DNA from: Batkoa obscura
Taxonomy: Eukaryota
Direction of reading: 5' to 3'
Assembly: GCA_030770535.1 (NCBI GenBank)
Contig: JASVEC010000011.1
Coordinates: 682,001 to 746,000, forward strand
Length of the DNA: 64,000 bases
In this document: positions 63,821-64,000 of the stretch, piece by piece
How the letters are laid out: each line of letters opens with the position of its first letter
How positions within the stretch are numbered: the first letter of the stretch is position 1
The notes under the pieces: generated by a model
The model's database searches: none
What the model was told of the DNA's origin: nothing
The model's input: the letters and a program-made list of their open reading frames with translations, nothing else
Position numbers and translations under genes: made by a program

Positions 63821-63830
63821 AATTATGGGA
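63821..63830. promoter_or_regulatory. Candidate promoter element AATTATGGGA upstream of ZUO1
   Basis: Same 10-mer, orientation and spacing as at BRX1. Confidence 0.35.
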
Positions 63831-64000
63831 GTTAAAACATTAGCTTGTTTTGGATTGATTGATTTTAACCTTCTGAGTGTCAAGTTTTTCAAAAAAGCCT
63901 GTTTGATTTGGATCAGAATTTTTGATTAATTTATTGACTTTTGGAGTAAATTTTTATTTATCCAGGACTAAGTTATATGAGCTGAGCTCGTCAGTAGTAT

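Overview
Very AT-rich eukaryotic DNA with many short (about 40-70 bp) GT-AG introns. The gene content fits an early-diverging fungus; an Entomophthoromycotina/Conidiobolus-like source is my inference only. Recognisable housekeeping genes are BRX1, TRM11, MIM1/TOM13, a P-type H+-ATPase, a START-domain protein, BZZ1, ISU1, RPC17, SNF12/BAF60, ASA1/GNB1L, an alpha/beta hydrolase, a Rim15/IRE-type kinase, a group II PLP decarboxylase, ZUO1 and tRNA-Thr(UGU). A gene-poor accessory tract at about 5.3-21 kb holds a small secreted protein, an intronless multicopper oxidase and two duplicated orphan ORFs. Items not explained by the ORF track: (1) a ~105-bp MITE family (10 copies, GGGG...CCCC ends, ATAT flanks, one tandem pair, two near-identical copies); (2) a spliced gene with the N-terminal motif of the meiotic HEIP1/REDIC1 family; (3) a BABAM2/BRE-like gene; (4) a nine-repeat Myb protein with a possible mitochondrial presequence; (5) three long foldback hairpins; (6) a tRNA-like element next to tRNA-Thr; (7) a class 3 lipase carrying three lesions; (8) a promoter 10-mer shared by BRX1 and ZUO1; (9) two convergent genes ending on the same palindromic TTATAA. 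Family calls come from motif recognition by eye, not database searches, and exon boundaries were inferred manually.
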